A stretch of 64,000 bases of DNA. Source: an uncultured Candidatus Saccharibacteria bacterium (GTDB taxonomy: Bacteria > Patescibacteriota > Dojkabacteria > J137). The position numbers and the translations under genes were made by a program. The notes under the pieces were generated by a model. The model was not told the origin of the DNA. It did not search any database and was given only the letters and a program-made list of their open reading frames with translations. The stretch covers positions 992,859 to 1,056,858 of the forward strand of contig OZ246402.1 of the NCBI GenBank assembly GCA_965230975.1. The letters run 5' to 3'. This document shows positions 1 to 9,759 of this stretch, piece by piece. The first letter of the stretch is position 1; every line of letters starts with the position of its first letter.

Positions 1-13
1 TTTTGTTGGTTCA

Positions 14-350
14 TTTGAATTAAGTTATAGGTTAATAATATTGTCAGAATATGAAATTATCTTTTTCAAGTCAATTAATTTATCAATTACCTTAAAGATT
101 TTCGTGAATTATTTTTTTGGGCATGTTTTGTACCTTTAAAAACCTACCTTGCCGCATGGTACCAATTTGGTAGCATTTGGTATCAAAAGTGAGTCAAAAC
201 TTAACAAATTGGTACCGCTGAGTAAAGCTTGGATTTGGGGTGTCTAAATATTATAAGATTTAACCCTATATATATTTGACCTAGAAGCTAAACCCTGAAG
301 AGCTGTACATAGCTTTGAATTAAGTTATGGATTAATTGTATTGTCAGAAT
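14..350. repeat. 37-bp imperfect direct repeat, copies at 14-50 and 314-350
   Basis: tttgaattaagttatAgGttaatAAtattgtcagaat vs tttgaattaagttatGgAttaatTGtattgtcagaat; 33/37 identical, 300 bp apart. Confidence 0.85.
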
Positions 351-495
351 TGAAAAACTTTATTTTATGCATTCATCACTTTTTGCGAACAAGAAAATGC
401 TATTGAAATTGTCAAATTTCTAAAAGAGCACGATATAGTAAGACGATCAAATGGAGTAGTTGCTTGGAATGAAAGAATAATAGAGTTTAAAATAC

Positions 496-1158
496 CTACC
501 AACGAATAGTATCTATTTTGTTTGAATTTAAATACTCATTTGTCTTACTAAACGGCTTTGAACCAAAGAACCCTGTATGTGCTGAAAATGGAGAAGGGTG
601 GGGGGACTTTATCATTAAATGTTTTGAGGAATCTATTAACCCTTCTTTTTTTTGAGCAAAAGCTCCCCACAAAATAAATACAACATGTTCTTTTTGGTCA
701 GAAACTGTTTTAATAACTGCATCAGTAAATTGCTCCCAACCTTTACCCTGATGAGAACCAGCCTCACCTTTTCTAACTGTTAAAGTTGCATTTAGTAATA
801 AAACTCCCTGCTGTGCCCATTTGGTTAAATCTGGGTTTGTTGGTGGCTCGGTGCCTAGATCAGACTTAAGTTCTTTATAAATATTTTGCAAAGATGGGGG
901 TATTTTCTTGTCCGGATTTGCAGAGAAAGCCAAACCATTTGCTACGCCTGGCGTGTGGTAGGGGTCTTGCCCTAAAATTAAGACTTTTACGTTTTCAAAT
1001 GGGCACTCGTTTAACGCTTTGAATATAAAAGGACCTGGTGGGAATACAGTTGCGGTTGCGTACTCGTTTTTTACAAATTCAACTAGTTGTTTAAAATATT
1101 CTTTTTCAAATTCTGGTTGCAAATGTTGCTTCCAAGAATCATCTAATTTTATGTTCAT
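496..1158 (-). CDS. ung: Uracil-DNA glycosylase, family 1
   Basis: GQDPYH, GLAFS, LLLN and HPSP motifs. Confidence 0.97.
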   Translation of the reverse strand: MNIKLDDSWKQHLQPEFEKEYFKQLVEFVKNEYATATVFPPGPFIFKALNECPFENVKVLILGQDPYHTPGVANGLAFSANPDKKIPPSLQNIYKELKSDLGTEPPTNPDLTKWAQQGVLLLNATLTVRKGEAGSHQGKGWEQFTDAVIKTVSDQKEHVVFILWGAFAQKKEGLIDSSKHLMIKSPHPSPFSAHTGFFGSKPFSKTNEYLNSNKIDTIRW

Positions 1159-1170
1159 AAACTTAAGACA

Positions 1171-1566
1171 TTAATTAAACATATCCCTTAAGGGCTTCCA
1201 ATAATAATCTTCCCAGCCTTGTTCAATTTCATTTGCATATTCTTGAGGAATATTTTCGTGGGTAAAATGTATTATTGTTTTATCTGCAATCTCTTCAAAA
1301 TCTAGGGTAATTTTGGACATAAAATCAGCGGGCCAGTTTTCGTATTCGTATCTCCATTCCTGAACAATTTTCTTAAAAGGTATCAGTTCTATATTTTTAC
1401 CAGACACAACCCCGTCCCAAATTGAAAATTCACCACCAAGTTCTGGGTCAATTTCTGCACTTCCAACTATTAAGTCAGAATGTTTTTTAGAATCTAACCA
1501 CATATTGTAAATCTCTTGATTACTAGCAAAGACCTTAATTGTCTGAGTTATTGTGCTGGTCTGCAT
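1171..1566 (-). CDS. SRPBCC/AHSA1-like domain protein
   Basis: GGEFSIWDG..G..IELIPFKKIVQEWR and GWEDYYW pattern of the Aha1 C-terminal-like family. Confidence 0.85.
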   Translation of the reverse strand: MQTSTITQTIKVFASNQEIYNMWLDSKKHSDLIVGSAEIDPELGGEFSIWDGVVSGKNIELIPFKKIVQEWRYEYENWPADFMSKITLDFEEIADKTIIHFTHENIPQEYANEIEQGWEDYYWKPLRDMFN

Positions 1567-2503
1567 TATGGTTTTTTAAAAAGTAAACTATATATGATCC
1601 AGACATAATCTCTTTATCTACTTTAAATTCGCATTTTTCTACAACCGTTCTAAATGTATGATTTGTTTCATTTTTAATAAAATATTCAAGCTCTAAATTG
1701 TTTGAAATTAACGCTTTCCATTCTTGCGTGTCCTCTAAACTCTCTTTGTGATTTATTATTACTAATCCATCTTTTTTTAAGACTCTTTTAATTTCACTTA
1801 AAAATTTCAGTTCTGATTCTAAAGGTAAAAATTGCCAATAACTGTTTACAATAACAATATCAAAAGCTTCATTTGTATAGGAATTTTTTAGAAAATCTTT
1901 CCCTATTATTTTCTCTTTTCGTTTTTTTTCTTTTAAAAGAGAGACGACTTTTTTACTTAACTCTATAGATTCAAATTTTGTATTTGTAAAACCAAAAATT
2001 TCATCTGTATTAGGTCCAATGGATAGAATTTTATTCTTATCTTTACCTAACTTTGGAGTTTGATTTAAGAAGTTGAAAATCTCTTGGTAAAATTCTTTAG
2101 ATTGCCAGTTTGTAGATTTTTGGATTGTTTGATCAGCCAAATTTTCTCTAAACTTGGACATTTGTTTTGACACAAATTCATAGCTGAAATTCTTTTTGTT
2201 TCTAATTTTTTGTAAATCTGCTCGCAGCTGTTTAAGCTTCCACAAAAAAAGTCTTCCTTTTTCTTGAGAATTACTATCTACTGCAAAAGAGTATGCTTGT
2301 TCCATTAAAGATCTATCTACTGTTTTAGCAAGCCGCATATAGATTGTTAGGTTTTTATCATCGTTCAAATCTTTAGAAAGCTTGTAGGCAAATGCCTGAA
2401 ATTCATTTTTCGGGTGTCTTTTTTTTTGCTTAGCCCTATTTACATCTTCTTCATCAAGAATGTTAATGGAAGTTAATATAGATTTTGCAGATACAAAAGG
2501 CAT
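1535..2503 (-). CDS. Small helical N-terminal domain fused to a degenerate class I SAM methyltransferase domain
   Basis: C-terminal FDIVIV and FLSEIKRVLKKDGLVII methyltransferase motifs; motif I degenerate (LSIGPNTD). Confidence 0.6.
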   Translation of the reverse strand: MPFVSAKSILTSINILDEEDVNRAKQKKRHPKNEFQAFAYKLSKDLNDDKNLTIYMRLAKTVDRSLMEQAYSFAVDSNSQEKGRLFLWKLKQLRADLQKIRNKKNFSYEFVSKQMSKFRENLADQTIQKSTNWQSKEFYQEIFNFLNQTPKLGKDKNKILSIGPNTDEIFGFTNTKFESIELSKKVVSLLKEKKRKEKIIGKDFLKNSYTNEAFDIVIVNSYWQFLPLESELKFLSEIKRVLKKDGLVIINHKESLEDTQEWKALISNNLELEYFIKNETNHTFRTVVEKCEFKVDKEIMSGSYIVYFLKNHNADQHNNSDN

Positions 2504-2560
2504 AAGTCATGTTTTTAATTAGTCTTATTATCAGGTGTAAATGCTTATATTTTCAAGTAG

Positions 2561-2926
2561 TTAATCTTTCTTAATCGATTGTTCCGATTTCCAAGCAGGA
2601 GCGCATATCATTAATGCCTCGAATTCGCCTTCGATTTTGTAAAAGGAATTTGGAGGTAATACAAACAGATCTGATTGTTCTAAAATATATGTATCACCTT
2701 TTTCTAGTGTGAGCTTTGCCTTTCCGAATAAAACATAATAAAGCATTGTAGACGTTTGATTTGCAGACCACCCACTAACAGGATAAATTCCTTCCATTTT
2801 AGTGTAGGCAACATCAACAGCATCTAATTGCCCCGTATTATATTCTAAAACTAACTTTTTAAGACCATCCAAATCTTTGATCTTTTCCCAGGTTTGAGAC
2901 TTTTTTATTAGTTGTGGGTTTTGCAT
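2561..2926 (-). CDS. Cupin-domain protein
   Basis: YYVLFGKAKL..GDTYILEQSDLFVLPPNSFY..CAPAW cupin barrel pattern. Confidence 0.7.
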   Translation of the reverse strand: MQNPQLIKKSQTWEKIKDLDGLKKLVLEYNTGQLDAVDVAYTKMEGIYPVSGWSANQTSTMLYYVLFGKAKLTLEKGDTYILEQSDLFVLPPNSFYKIEGEFEALMICAPAWKSEQSIKKD

Positions 2927-2948
2927 GTTTTCAATTTAATAATTAAAT

Positions 2949-3353
2949 TTACCATGACAAGTATTGGTCTATCAGACTTCTCCATCGAATATATTTATCA
3001 GTATTAGGATCTTGTCTTGAATCAGTAATACTTGATCTTATGCTTCTTAAAAGGTCGTCTAATAAGTCTTTATTTCCTAAACTACTTAGTCGATAGTATT
3101 TTTCTACAATCCAAAATATTAGAAAGTCTGATTCTACAAAGAATTCCTTTAAAGACTCTATTATTAATTTTAAATTTTCTTTATCCTTTGAAGAAAAAAG
3201 TACTTCTAATTCATAAAGAAAACCATCATATATACGTCCATCTGGATCACCATCATTCTCATCTATAAGTTTGTAATTTCTCTGTATATCTTTCCAATGA
3301 TTTACAAGTTGTTCCTTAGTTCTATCTTTCAAAACCGTTCCTAATAGATTCAT
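2949..3353 (-). CDS. Hypothetical protein
   Basis: 134-aa ORF co-oriented within a minus-strand gene run. Confidence 0.6.
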   Translation of the reverse strand: MNLLGTVLKDRTKEQLVNHWKDIQRNYKLIDENDGDPDGRIYDGFLYELEVLFSSKDKENLKLIIESLKEFFVESDFLIFWIVEKYYRLSSLGNKDLLDDLLRSIRSSITDSRQDPNTDKYIRWRSLIDQYLSW

Positions 3354-3375
3354 ATTAATAAATTAACTAAATAAA

Positions 3376-3699
3376 TCATTGTGCGTCTAATCTCCTGTCT
3401 AACTCTTCAATAAGATTGGGGAATTCTTTCTTAATATCTACGCCAACGTAATCCGCTATGCAGATAAGCGAGTAAATACAATCGCAAATCTCATGTTTTA
3501 ATTTTTCCTGATTATTTTCACCACCTCTATAACCCATATGCACCATTACATATTCGGTTAGTTCACCTATATCTGTTACCAAACCAGTAGTCCTTTCTAG
3601 TAATCCCCATTTTCTAACATTGTTTTTCACAGCCCAATCGTCATATTTTTGACGTATTCGTAATCCTTCAGAAATCATATTATCTAAATCCATGAACAA
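3376..3699 (-). CDS. MazG-like nucleotide pyrophosphohydrolase
   Basis: DIGELTE...LKHEICDCIYSLICIA all-alpha NTP-PPase acidic motif. Confidence 0.8.
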   Translation of the reverse strand: MFMDLDNMISEGLRIRQKYDDWAVKNNVRKWGLLERTTGLVTDIGELTEYVMVHMGYRGGENNQEKLKHEICDCIYSLICIADYVGVDIKKEFPNLIEELDRRLDAQ

Positions 3700-3795
3700 T
3701 AATTAATAAATAATGCTTAGGATTTTATTTTTTAGTATAGATATTTTCTAGAGAAGAACCATTCGGTAGAAGAGAGTAGAATCCTTGTTGGATAG

Positions 3796-4521
3796 CTATT
3801 TGAAGTCTTTTATAATTTTCTTTTCTTCAAAGAATTGAAATGGAATATCTTTAAAATTATTGTCTTGAAGTTTCTTCAGAATTTTAACCACAGAGCTACT
3901 ACCCATTGTAGATGAAAGCTCATTTTCAATGCCCGTTTTTAAATCCACAAAGGCATTAAAGCCATATTCATTTTCTTCAACTAAATTACCTAGAGGATTT
4001 AGACCTAAACAGATGTGAAATTCTATGTCACTAAAGAGTTGATTATTTGAATTGTATCTAAGCTTTCTTACTGTAGAAATATGCTTAAAATCGACTTCTA
4101 ACCCTGTTTCTAACTCAGTTTTTCGTTTAGCCGCATCAATCATTAGTTCACCTTGAAAAATCGCACCACCAATTATTCCTATATCTCCAGCATAAGGTGT
4201 CCTTTTCCTTTTCTGATTTAAGATCAAATAGCCATCAGTACCTTTTTTAATAATAATGCACAAAACATTAATTCTAAATAAATCGGACTGAATACCTTTT
4301 GGGTCTAAAGGTAATTCAACCTCAACAAGTTTTTTACCCTTTTCTGTTAAAAAGTATTTATACTTTCTTTTTTCTACTAGATTATCTTTAACTAAAGATT
4401 GTAGGTGATAATTATACAAATCATTTTCCCATTCAAACTTTTTTGCATCTCTGTACCTTAAGCCTTCAGGTGACTTTATAAATCTTATAAGAATCTCTTT
4501 TTTAATAGGGTTGATATTCAT
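3796..4521 (-). CDS. Winged-HTH plus NUDIX-domain protein
   Basis: N-terminal YNYHLQSLVKDNLVEK..YFLTEKG wHTH; Nudix-like box GGAIFQGELMIDAAKRKTELETGL. Confidence 0.75.
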   Translation of the reverse strand: MNINPIKKEILIRFIKSPEGLRYRDAKKFEWENDLYNYHLQSLVKDNLVEKRKYKYFLTEKGKKLVEVELPLDPKGIQSDLFRINVLCIIIKKGTDGYLILNQKRKRTPYAGDIGIIGGAIFQGELMIDAAKRKTELETGLEVDFKHISTVRKLRYNSNNQLFSDIEFHICLGLNPLGNLVEENEYGFNAFVDLKTGIENELSSTMGSSSVVKILKKLQDNNFKDIPFQFFEEKKIIKDFK

Positions 4522-4929
4522 GGATATTACATTCTTTTAATTGTTCAAATTTAACATTCTTGTAAACTTATTGTCCATTAATATTTTACTCATTACATAA
4601 ATAACACTCAGTTACTACTTTTATTTTTTAACTAATAGCTTCTTCTTTTGATGGTGTAATTGTTGTGTATTTTCTGTGTACTATTGGTGGTGTAATCATA
4701 GTGCTGTATGTGTGCTAAGTTAAACACCATCAAAGTAAGTATTTTAAGGACATAGCAAACTTTTTATATTTCTAAACACACAATAACATGCAGTACTTTG
4801 AATGTTCCAAAATCAATGATTTTTGTCAAAAAATTTGGGAAAAATTAATCCTATAACATACCTCGTATACCAAAACAAACGTGTGGAACAATTAACTAAT
4901 TAGCAATCCTTTGTGTAACACCACTAGGT

Positions 4930-4958
4930 TTGACACTACTACATCTTGTGTGTATGCT
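4930..4958 (+). promoter_or_regulatory. sigma70 promoter of nrdR-nrdJ
   Basis: TTGACA (4930-4935), 17-bp spacer, TATGCT (4953-4958). Confidence 0.75.
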
Positions 4959-4983
4959 GTTACTTACCTACTATTGATTGTGT
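4936..4983 (+). promoter_or_regulatory. Tandem NrdR boxes
   Basis: ctaCTACATCTTGtgt (4936-4951) and ctaCTATTGATTGtgt (4968-4983), 32 bp apart, resembling acaCwAtATaTwGtgt, directly upstream of nrdR. Confidence 0.75.
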
Positions 4984-5027
4984 AGTCACCTCAAAAGTAG
5001 TATCTAACTTAGCTAACTTTTAATCAA

Positions 5028-5477
5028 ATGACTTGTCCATATTGCAAAAGTCAAAACACAAAAGTTGTAGATAAACGAGAATCTGGTGAAAGCACACGAA
5101 GAAGAAGAGAGTGTGAAAACTGTAACAAAAGATTTACAACCTACGAAAGAATAGAAACTGTACTACTTAATGTAATTAAACGAGATGGCACAGTAGAAGA
5201 GTTTGATAGAGAAAAGCTTAAAAGAGGAATATATAAAGCAACAAGCAAGCGAGGTATTCCAACAGAAAAAATAGAAGAAATGATCTCTGACATAGAATAT
5301 TCATTACTAACATCAGATAAACAAGTCGTTAAATCTGTCGATATAGGTCAAATGGTTTTAAAAAGATTAACAAAAATAGATAAGTTAAGCGCATTACTAT
5401 TTGCTGCGGTTTATAAAGAATTTAAAAGTCTAGAAGATGTTCAAGATGAGCTTCAAAAATTATCTGACAAACCCTAG
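5028..5477 (+). CDS. nrdR: Transcriptional repressor NrdR
   Basis: MTCPYC..RRRRECENC.KRFTTYE zinc ribbon followed by ATP-cone (VIKRDG..EEFDREKL). Confidence 0.97.
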   Translation: MTCPYCKSQNTKVVDKRESGESTRRRRECENCNKRFTTYERIETVLLNVIKRDGTVEEFDREKLKRGIYKATSKRGIPTEKIEEMISDIEYSLLTSDKQVVKSVDIGQMVLKRLTKIDKLSALLFAAVYKEFKSLEDVQDELQKLSDKP

Positions 5478-5517
5478 AACTATTAAAATGAGTATTTTTA
5501 ATTCTTAATTTAAATTT

Positions 5518-8500
5518 ATGATAGATGCTGTTGCAACCCAAGAAGATACTAGAAATCGATTAAGTGAAAATATTGGGAGAAAAGGCTTAAAGGTGCAGAG
5601 AATCTTTACTACAAAAGGAAAAGATAGATACCAAGGAATTGAGTTTGAAATGCGATCTTCAAAGATTACTAACCCAGATGGATCAGTAGTATTTGAAATG
5701 AATAACCTAGAGATTCCAAAACAATGGAGTCAAATCGCAACAGATATTTTGGCTCAAAAATACTTTAGAAAAAAAGGGGTTCCGCTAAAAGATGCTAATG
5801 GCAATGAAATAAAAGATGAAGACGGCAAGCCTGTATTAGGTGCCGAGACTTCTGCAAAACAAACTATAAACAGGCTTGCCGGCGCCTGGAGATTTTGGGG
5901 CGAAAAACATGGCTATTTTGAATCTAAAGAAGATGCAGATGCATTTGAAGATGAAGTAGCGTACATGTTAATGATGCAAATGGCAGCTCCAAATAGCCCT
6001 CAATGGTTTAATACAGGTTTGAATTGGGCTTATGGTATTACTGGACAGGCACAAGGACACTGGTATGTAGACCCAAAAACCAAAGAAGCAAAACTATCAG
6101 AAGATGCATATACAAGAGGCCAACCTCATGCTTGCTTTATTCTTTCTATTGATGATGACCTTGTAAACCCAGGTGGTATTTTTGATTTACTAACCACAGA
6201 AGCAAGAATTTTTAAGTATGGTTCTGGTACAGGTACAAATTTTTCTGCAATCAGAGGTGCGAATGAATCACTATCAGGTGGTGGAAAATCATCTGGATTA
6301 ATGAGCTTTTTAAAAATATTTGATGCAGGAGCAGGCGCAATTAAATCTGGAGGTACAACTAGAAGAGCTGCAAAAATGGTTACATTAAATATGGATCACC
6401 CAGAAATTGAAGATTTTATTGTTTGGAAGGCAAGAGAAGAGCAAAAAGTAGCGGCCCTTGTTGCAGGTTCTCATATAAACTATGAACACTTAAAGCAGAT
6501 TATGAAATCTGCAGAAGAAAATGGTATTAATCCAGAAAAAAATCCTGAATTAAAAAAGCTAATTAAAGAAGCGAAAAAGGATCATGTATCTTTAAACTAT
6601 ATAAAAAGAGTTTTGATGCTTGTAGAAAACGGAGTTAAAGCCGATGATTTTAGTATAGAAAAATTTGATACAGATTTTAGATCTGAAGCTTATTACACTG
6701 TTGGAGGACAAAACTCTAATAACTCAGTTAGAATTACCAACGATTTCTTTAATGCTGTAGAAAGCGATTCTGATTGGAATTTAGTTAACAGAATTGATGG
6801 AAAAGCAAACAAAACTTTAAAAGCTAAGTATTTATGGCAAAAAGTTTTAGAATCTGCTTGGCAATCTGCAGACCCTGGAACTCAATATGATACAACAATA
6901 AATGAATGGCACACTTGCCCATTTGATGGCAGAATCAATGGAAGCAACCCATGTTCAGAATACATGTTCTTAGACAATACAGCTTGCAATTTAGCATCGC
7001 TTAATTTGTTATCTTTCTACAACTCTCAAACTAAAGAATTCGATACCAAAAAATTCATTCATGCAACAAGATTATGGACAATGGTATTAGAATTCTCAAT
7101 TTTAATGGCGCATCTACCAACTAAAAAAGTTGCAGAACAAACATATCTTTACAGAACATTAGGATTAGGCTACGGAAACCTAGGTGCATTATTAATGCAA
7201 CAAGGAATTCCTTATGAAAGTGAAAAAGGTTATGCAATAACAGCAGCTATTAGTGCACTTATGGGTGGAGAAGCCTATGCCACATCTGCAGAAATGGCAA
7301 AGGTAACAGGTGCATTTGACAGGTTTGAATCAAATAAAGATAGTATGTTAAGGGTTATAAGAAACCATCGAAGAGCAATTTATAGTGCACAAAATAACGA
7401 ATATGAAGAATTATCTATCAAACCAATGGGCATTGATTACAGTTTAGCTCCACAAGAGTTGGTCACAAGCGCAAGAATAGCATGGGATCATGCACTTACA
7501 CTTGGAGAAGAGTATGGTTACAAAAATGCTCAAACGACACTAATTGCCCCAACTGGCACAATTAGTTTAATTATGGATTTTGACACTACAGCATGTGAAC
7601 CAGATTTTGCACTAGTTAAATTTAAAAAGTTGGTTGGCGGTGGATACTTTAAGATTGTTAACCAATCTGTAAAACCAGCTCTTGAAGTTTTAGGCTACTC
7701 TGAAACTCAGGCAGATGAAATTGAAAAATATATAGTTGGGCATTCTACTTTAAAAAGTGCACCTTATATTAACTGGGAAACATTAAAAGCCAAAGGTTTT
7801 ACAGAAAGAGAACTTATGGCTTTAGAAGGTAGAATGGAAGGCTTGTATGCTTTGAATTTTGCTTTCTCTGCATTTACCCTTGGCGAAGACTTTTGCATGA
7901 ATGTTTTAAAAATGACCGAGGCACAAATCAAAGATAGTAGTTTTAATATACTTAAACATTTAGGCTTTAGCGATTCCGAAATCGAAGCTGCCGAAGAATA
8001 TGTAGTTGGAACTATGACAATAGAAGGAGCACCTTATTTGAAAGAAGAACATTACTCTGTTTTTGACTGTGCAAATAAATGTGGCAAAAAAGGTAAAAGA
8101 TACATTAGCACTATGGGGCATTTAAAACAGATGGCAGCTGCACAACCATTCTTAAGTGGTGCTATTAGCAAAACAGTAAACTTACCTGAAGATGCAAGTT
8201 TGAAAGATATTAATGACGCTTATATAGAGGGTTGGAAACTAATGTTAAAAGCTGTAGCTTTGTATAGAGACGGCTCAAAACTAAGTCAACCACTAAACTC
8301 TACATCTATGGATTCTGCTTATTCTGCTTTATTTAGCTTTGAAAATGATCAAGACGAAGTTCCTACTGAAGTAAATGTAGTCAACGCACAACAGGCTATT
8401 CAACAACAATTGGCTGGAGCTCCAAGAAGAAGAAAACTACCAGATGAAAGACATAGTCTTACACACAAATTTAGCGTAGGAGGACATGAGGGCTATATTA

Positions 8501-9189
8501 CAGTTGGGCTATTTGAAGATGGCACCCCTGGGGAAATCTTTATTACCATGAGCAATGCAGGCAGTTTCTTATCTGGAATCATGGATGCATTTGCACAATC
8601 TTTGTCATTCAATTTGCAATATGGTGTGCCTTTAGAATTCATTGTTAGAAAGTTAACAAACACTAAATTTGACCCAAGCGGAATGACAGGCAATAGAGAA
8701 ATTCCAATGGTTAAATCTATTACAGATTATATTGGTAGGTGGTTAGGATTAAAGTTCTTACCTGCAGAAGTTGCAAAACTTTACCATAACGAAGAACTTG
8801 TAGAGAAATCTTATAGAGAAGGTAGCAATTATAAGATCTTAATTCCTTATGTTAATGGTAAAGGACATACGGAACTAAAAACTACACACTATTTTGAAGT
8901 TCAAAGGCCAGATTCTCATGATGTTGTAGTTACCGAGGTGACTACAACTGGAGCATCTACACCTGTAGTAACATCTGTTTCTAGTGAACCTGCTCAAATG
9001 GTTTTAGACCATGTTGCCCCATTAGAAGATAGTTTAAGTGAAGAAGATAAAATGGCAGATAAAATTAAGAAAGCAAGAGAATTAGGTTTTACCGGGGAGA
9101 TGTGTTCTAACTGCGGTGGCATGAGCTTAAAGCGAAATGGAAGCTGTATGGTTTGCGCAGATTGCGGTACAACAACTGGTTGCAGCTAA
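5518..9189 (+). CDS. nrdJ: Adenosylcobalamin-dependent (class II) ribonucleotide reductase with TSCPD domain and C-terminal zinc ribbon
   Basis: PNSPQWFN, HACFI, GGTTRRAA, NPCSEY, TACNLAS, IAPTGTIS, AISKTVN, YRDGSK; C-terminal CSNC..CADCGTTTGCS. Confidence 0.96.
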   Translation: MIDAVATQEDTRNRLSENIGRKGLKVQRIFTTKGKDRYQGIEFEMRSSKITNPDGSVVFEMNNLEIPKQWSQIATDILAQKYFRKKGVPLKDANGNEIKDEDGKPVLGAETSAKQTINRLAGAWRFWGEKHGYFESKEDADAFEDEVAYMLMMQMAAPNSPQWFNTGLNWAYGITGQAQGHWYVDPKTKEAKLSEDAYTRGQPHACFILSIDDDLVNPGGIFDLLTTEARIFKYGSGTGTNFSAIRGANESLSGGGKSSGLMSFLKIFDAGAGAIKSGGTTRRAAKMVTLNMDHPEIEDFIVWKAREEQKVAALVAGSHINYEHLKQIMKSAEENGINPEKNPELKKLIKEAKKDHVSLNYIKRVLMLVENGVKADDFSIEKFDTDFRSEAYYTVGGQNSNNSVRITNDFFNAVESDSDWNLVNRIDGKANKTLKAKYLWQKVLESAWQSADPGTQYDTTINEWHTCPFDGRINGSNPCSEYMFLDNTACNLASLNLLSFYNSQTKEFDTKKFIHATRLWTMVLEFSILMAHLPTKKVAEQTYLYRTLGLGYGNLGALLMQQGIPYESEKGYAITAAISALMGGEAYATSAEMAKVTGAFDRFESNKDSMLRVIRNHRRAIYSAQNNEYEELSIKPMGIDYSLAPQELVTSARIAWDHALTLGEEYGYKNAQTTLIAPTGTISLIMDFDTTACEPDFALVKFKKLVGGGYFKIVNQSVKPALEVLGYSETQADEIEKYIVGHSTLKSAPYINWETLKAKGFTERELMALEGRMEGLYALNFAFSAFTLGEDFCMNVLKMTEAQIKDSSFNILKHLGFSDSEIEAAEEYVVGTMTIEGAPYLKEEHYSVFDCANKCGKKGKRYISTMGHLKQMAAAQPFLSGAISKTVNLPEDASLKDINDAYIEGWKLMLKAVALYRDGSKLSQPLNSTSMDSAYSALFSFENDQDEVPTEVNVVNAQQAIQQQLAGAPRRRKLPDERHSLTHKFSVGGHEGYITVGLFEDGTPGEIFITMSNAGSFLSGIMDAFAQSLSFNLQYGVPLEFIVRKLTNTKFDPSGMTGNREIPMVKSITDYIGRWLGLKFLPAEVAKLYHNEELVEKSYREGSNYKILIPYVNGKGHTELKTTHYFEVQRPDSHDVVVTEVTTTGASTPVVTSVSSEPAQMVLDHVAPLEDSLSEEDKMADKIKKARELGFTGEMCSNCGGMSLKRNGSCMVCADCGTTTGCS

Positions 9190-9206
9190 TAATAAAAAGA
9201 CATTAA

Positions 9207-9229
9207 AGGGCCCGCCGAAGGCGGGCCCT
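9207..9229 (+). terminator. GC-rich hairpin after nrdJ
   Basis: agggcccgcc-gaa-ggcgggccct perfect 10-bp stem; no U-tract on the + strand. Confidence 0.7.
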
Positions 9230-9263
9230 AGTAAATAAAAACTATTTATTAACTAATATAAGA

Positions 9264-9659
9264 ATGCAATTCACAGATTTTCCTCCCCACCAAGAAAGAA
9301 TAGCTTATGGCAGAGCTGTTCAAAATCCACTACTAAAAGATATGCCAACTATGGTACCTAATCCAACACCAGATTATTTAAGAACTCTTAATTCAGGTGA
9401 AGAATATCATTCAAGTGAAATTTATTTAGGGAATCTTTTAAATCAACACTACAAGGAATTCACACGGCTATTTGAAGAGGCTTTGATTAAATATGCATTT
9501 GAAGAAGGTAATTACGAACAATTTCTAAATCGGTCAATCCACGAAATCGCAAATCTAATGAATTTAAGTATACAAGATGTTTGGTACTTGTCTAAATACT
9601 ATCGAATACAAAATCCAGCTAATAGAGTATACGCCCAATCTTCCGAAGGAGAAGCGTAA
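9264..9659 (+). CDS. Hypothetical protein
   Basis: 131-aa ORF, no recognised motif. Confidence 0.6.
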   Translation: MQFTDFPPHQERIAYGRAVQNPLLKDMPTMVPNPTPDYLRTLNSGEEYHSSEIYLGNLLNQHYKEFTRLFEEALIKYAFEEGNYEQFLNRSIHEIANLMNLSIQDVWYLSKYYRIQNPANRVYAQSSEGEA

Positions 9660-9759
9660 TACTAATTGCAACACCTTTTAAGTAATTGGAATCTAAAGTA
9701 TGCTTAATTAAGGAATTAACTTATTGGCAATATAGAATAATTATTAGAAAACTCAAAAT

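Noticed and set aside
14-350. CRISPR array from the 37-bp repeat
   Set aside because: Only two copies, 263 bp between them, and no cas genes in the window.
4522-5027. Cobalamin riboswitch upstream of nrdJ
   Set aside because: No B12-box or conserved core recognisable; the region is explained by a promoter and NrdR boxes.
5518-9189. Intein in the long NrdJ
   Set aside because: No C/S...HN splice junctions or LAGLIDADG motifs seen; the length fits a long NrdJ with a TSCPD domain.
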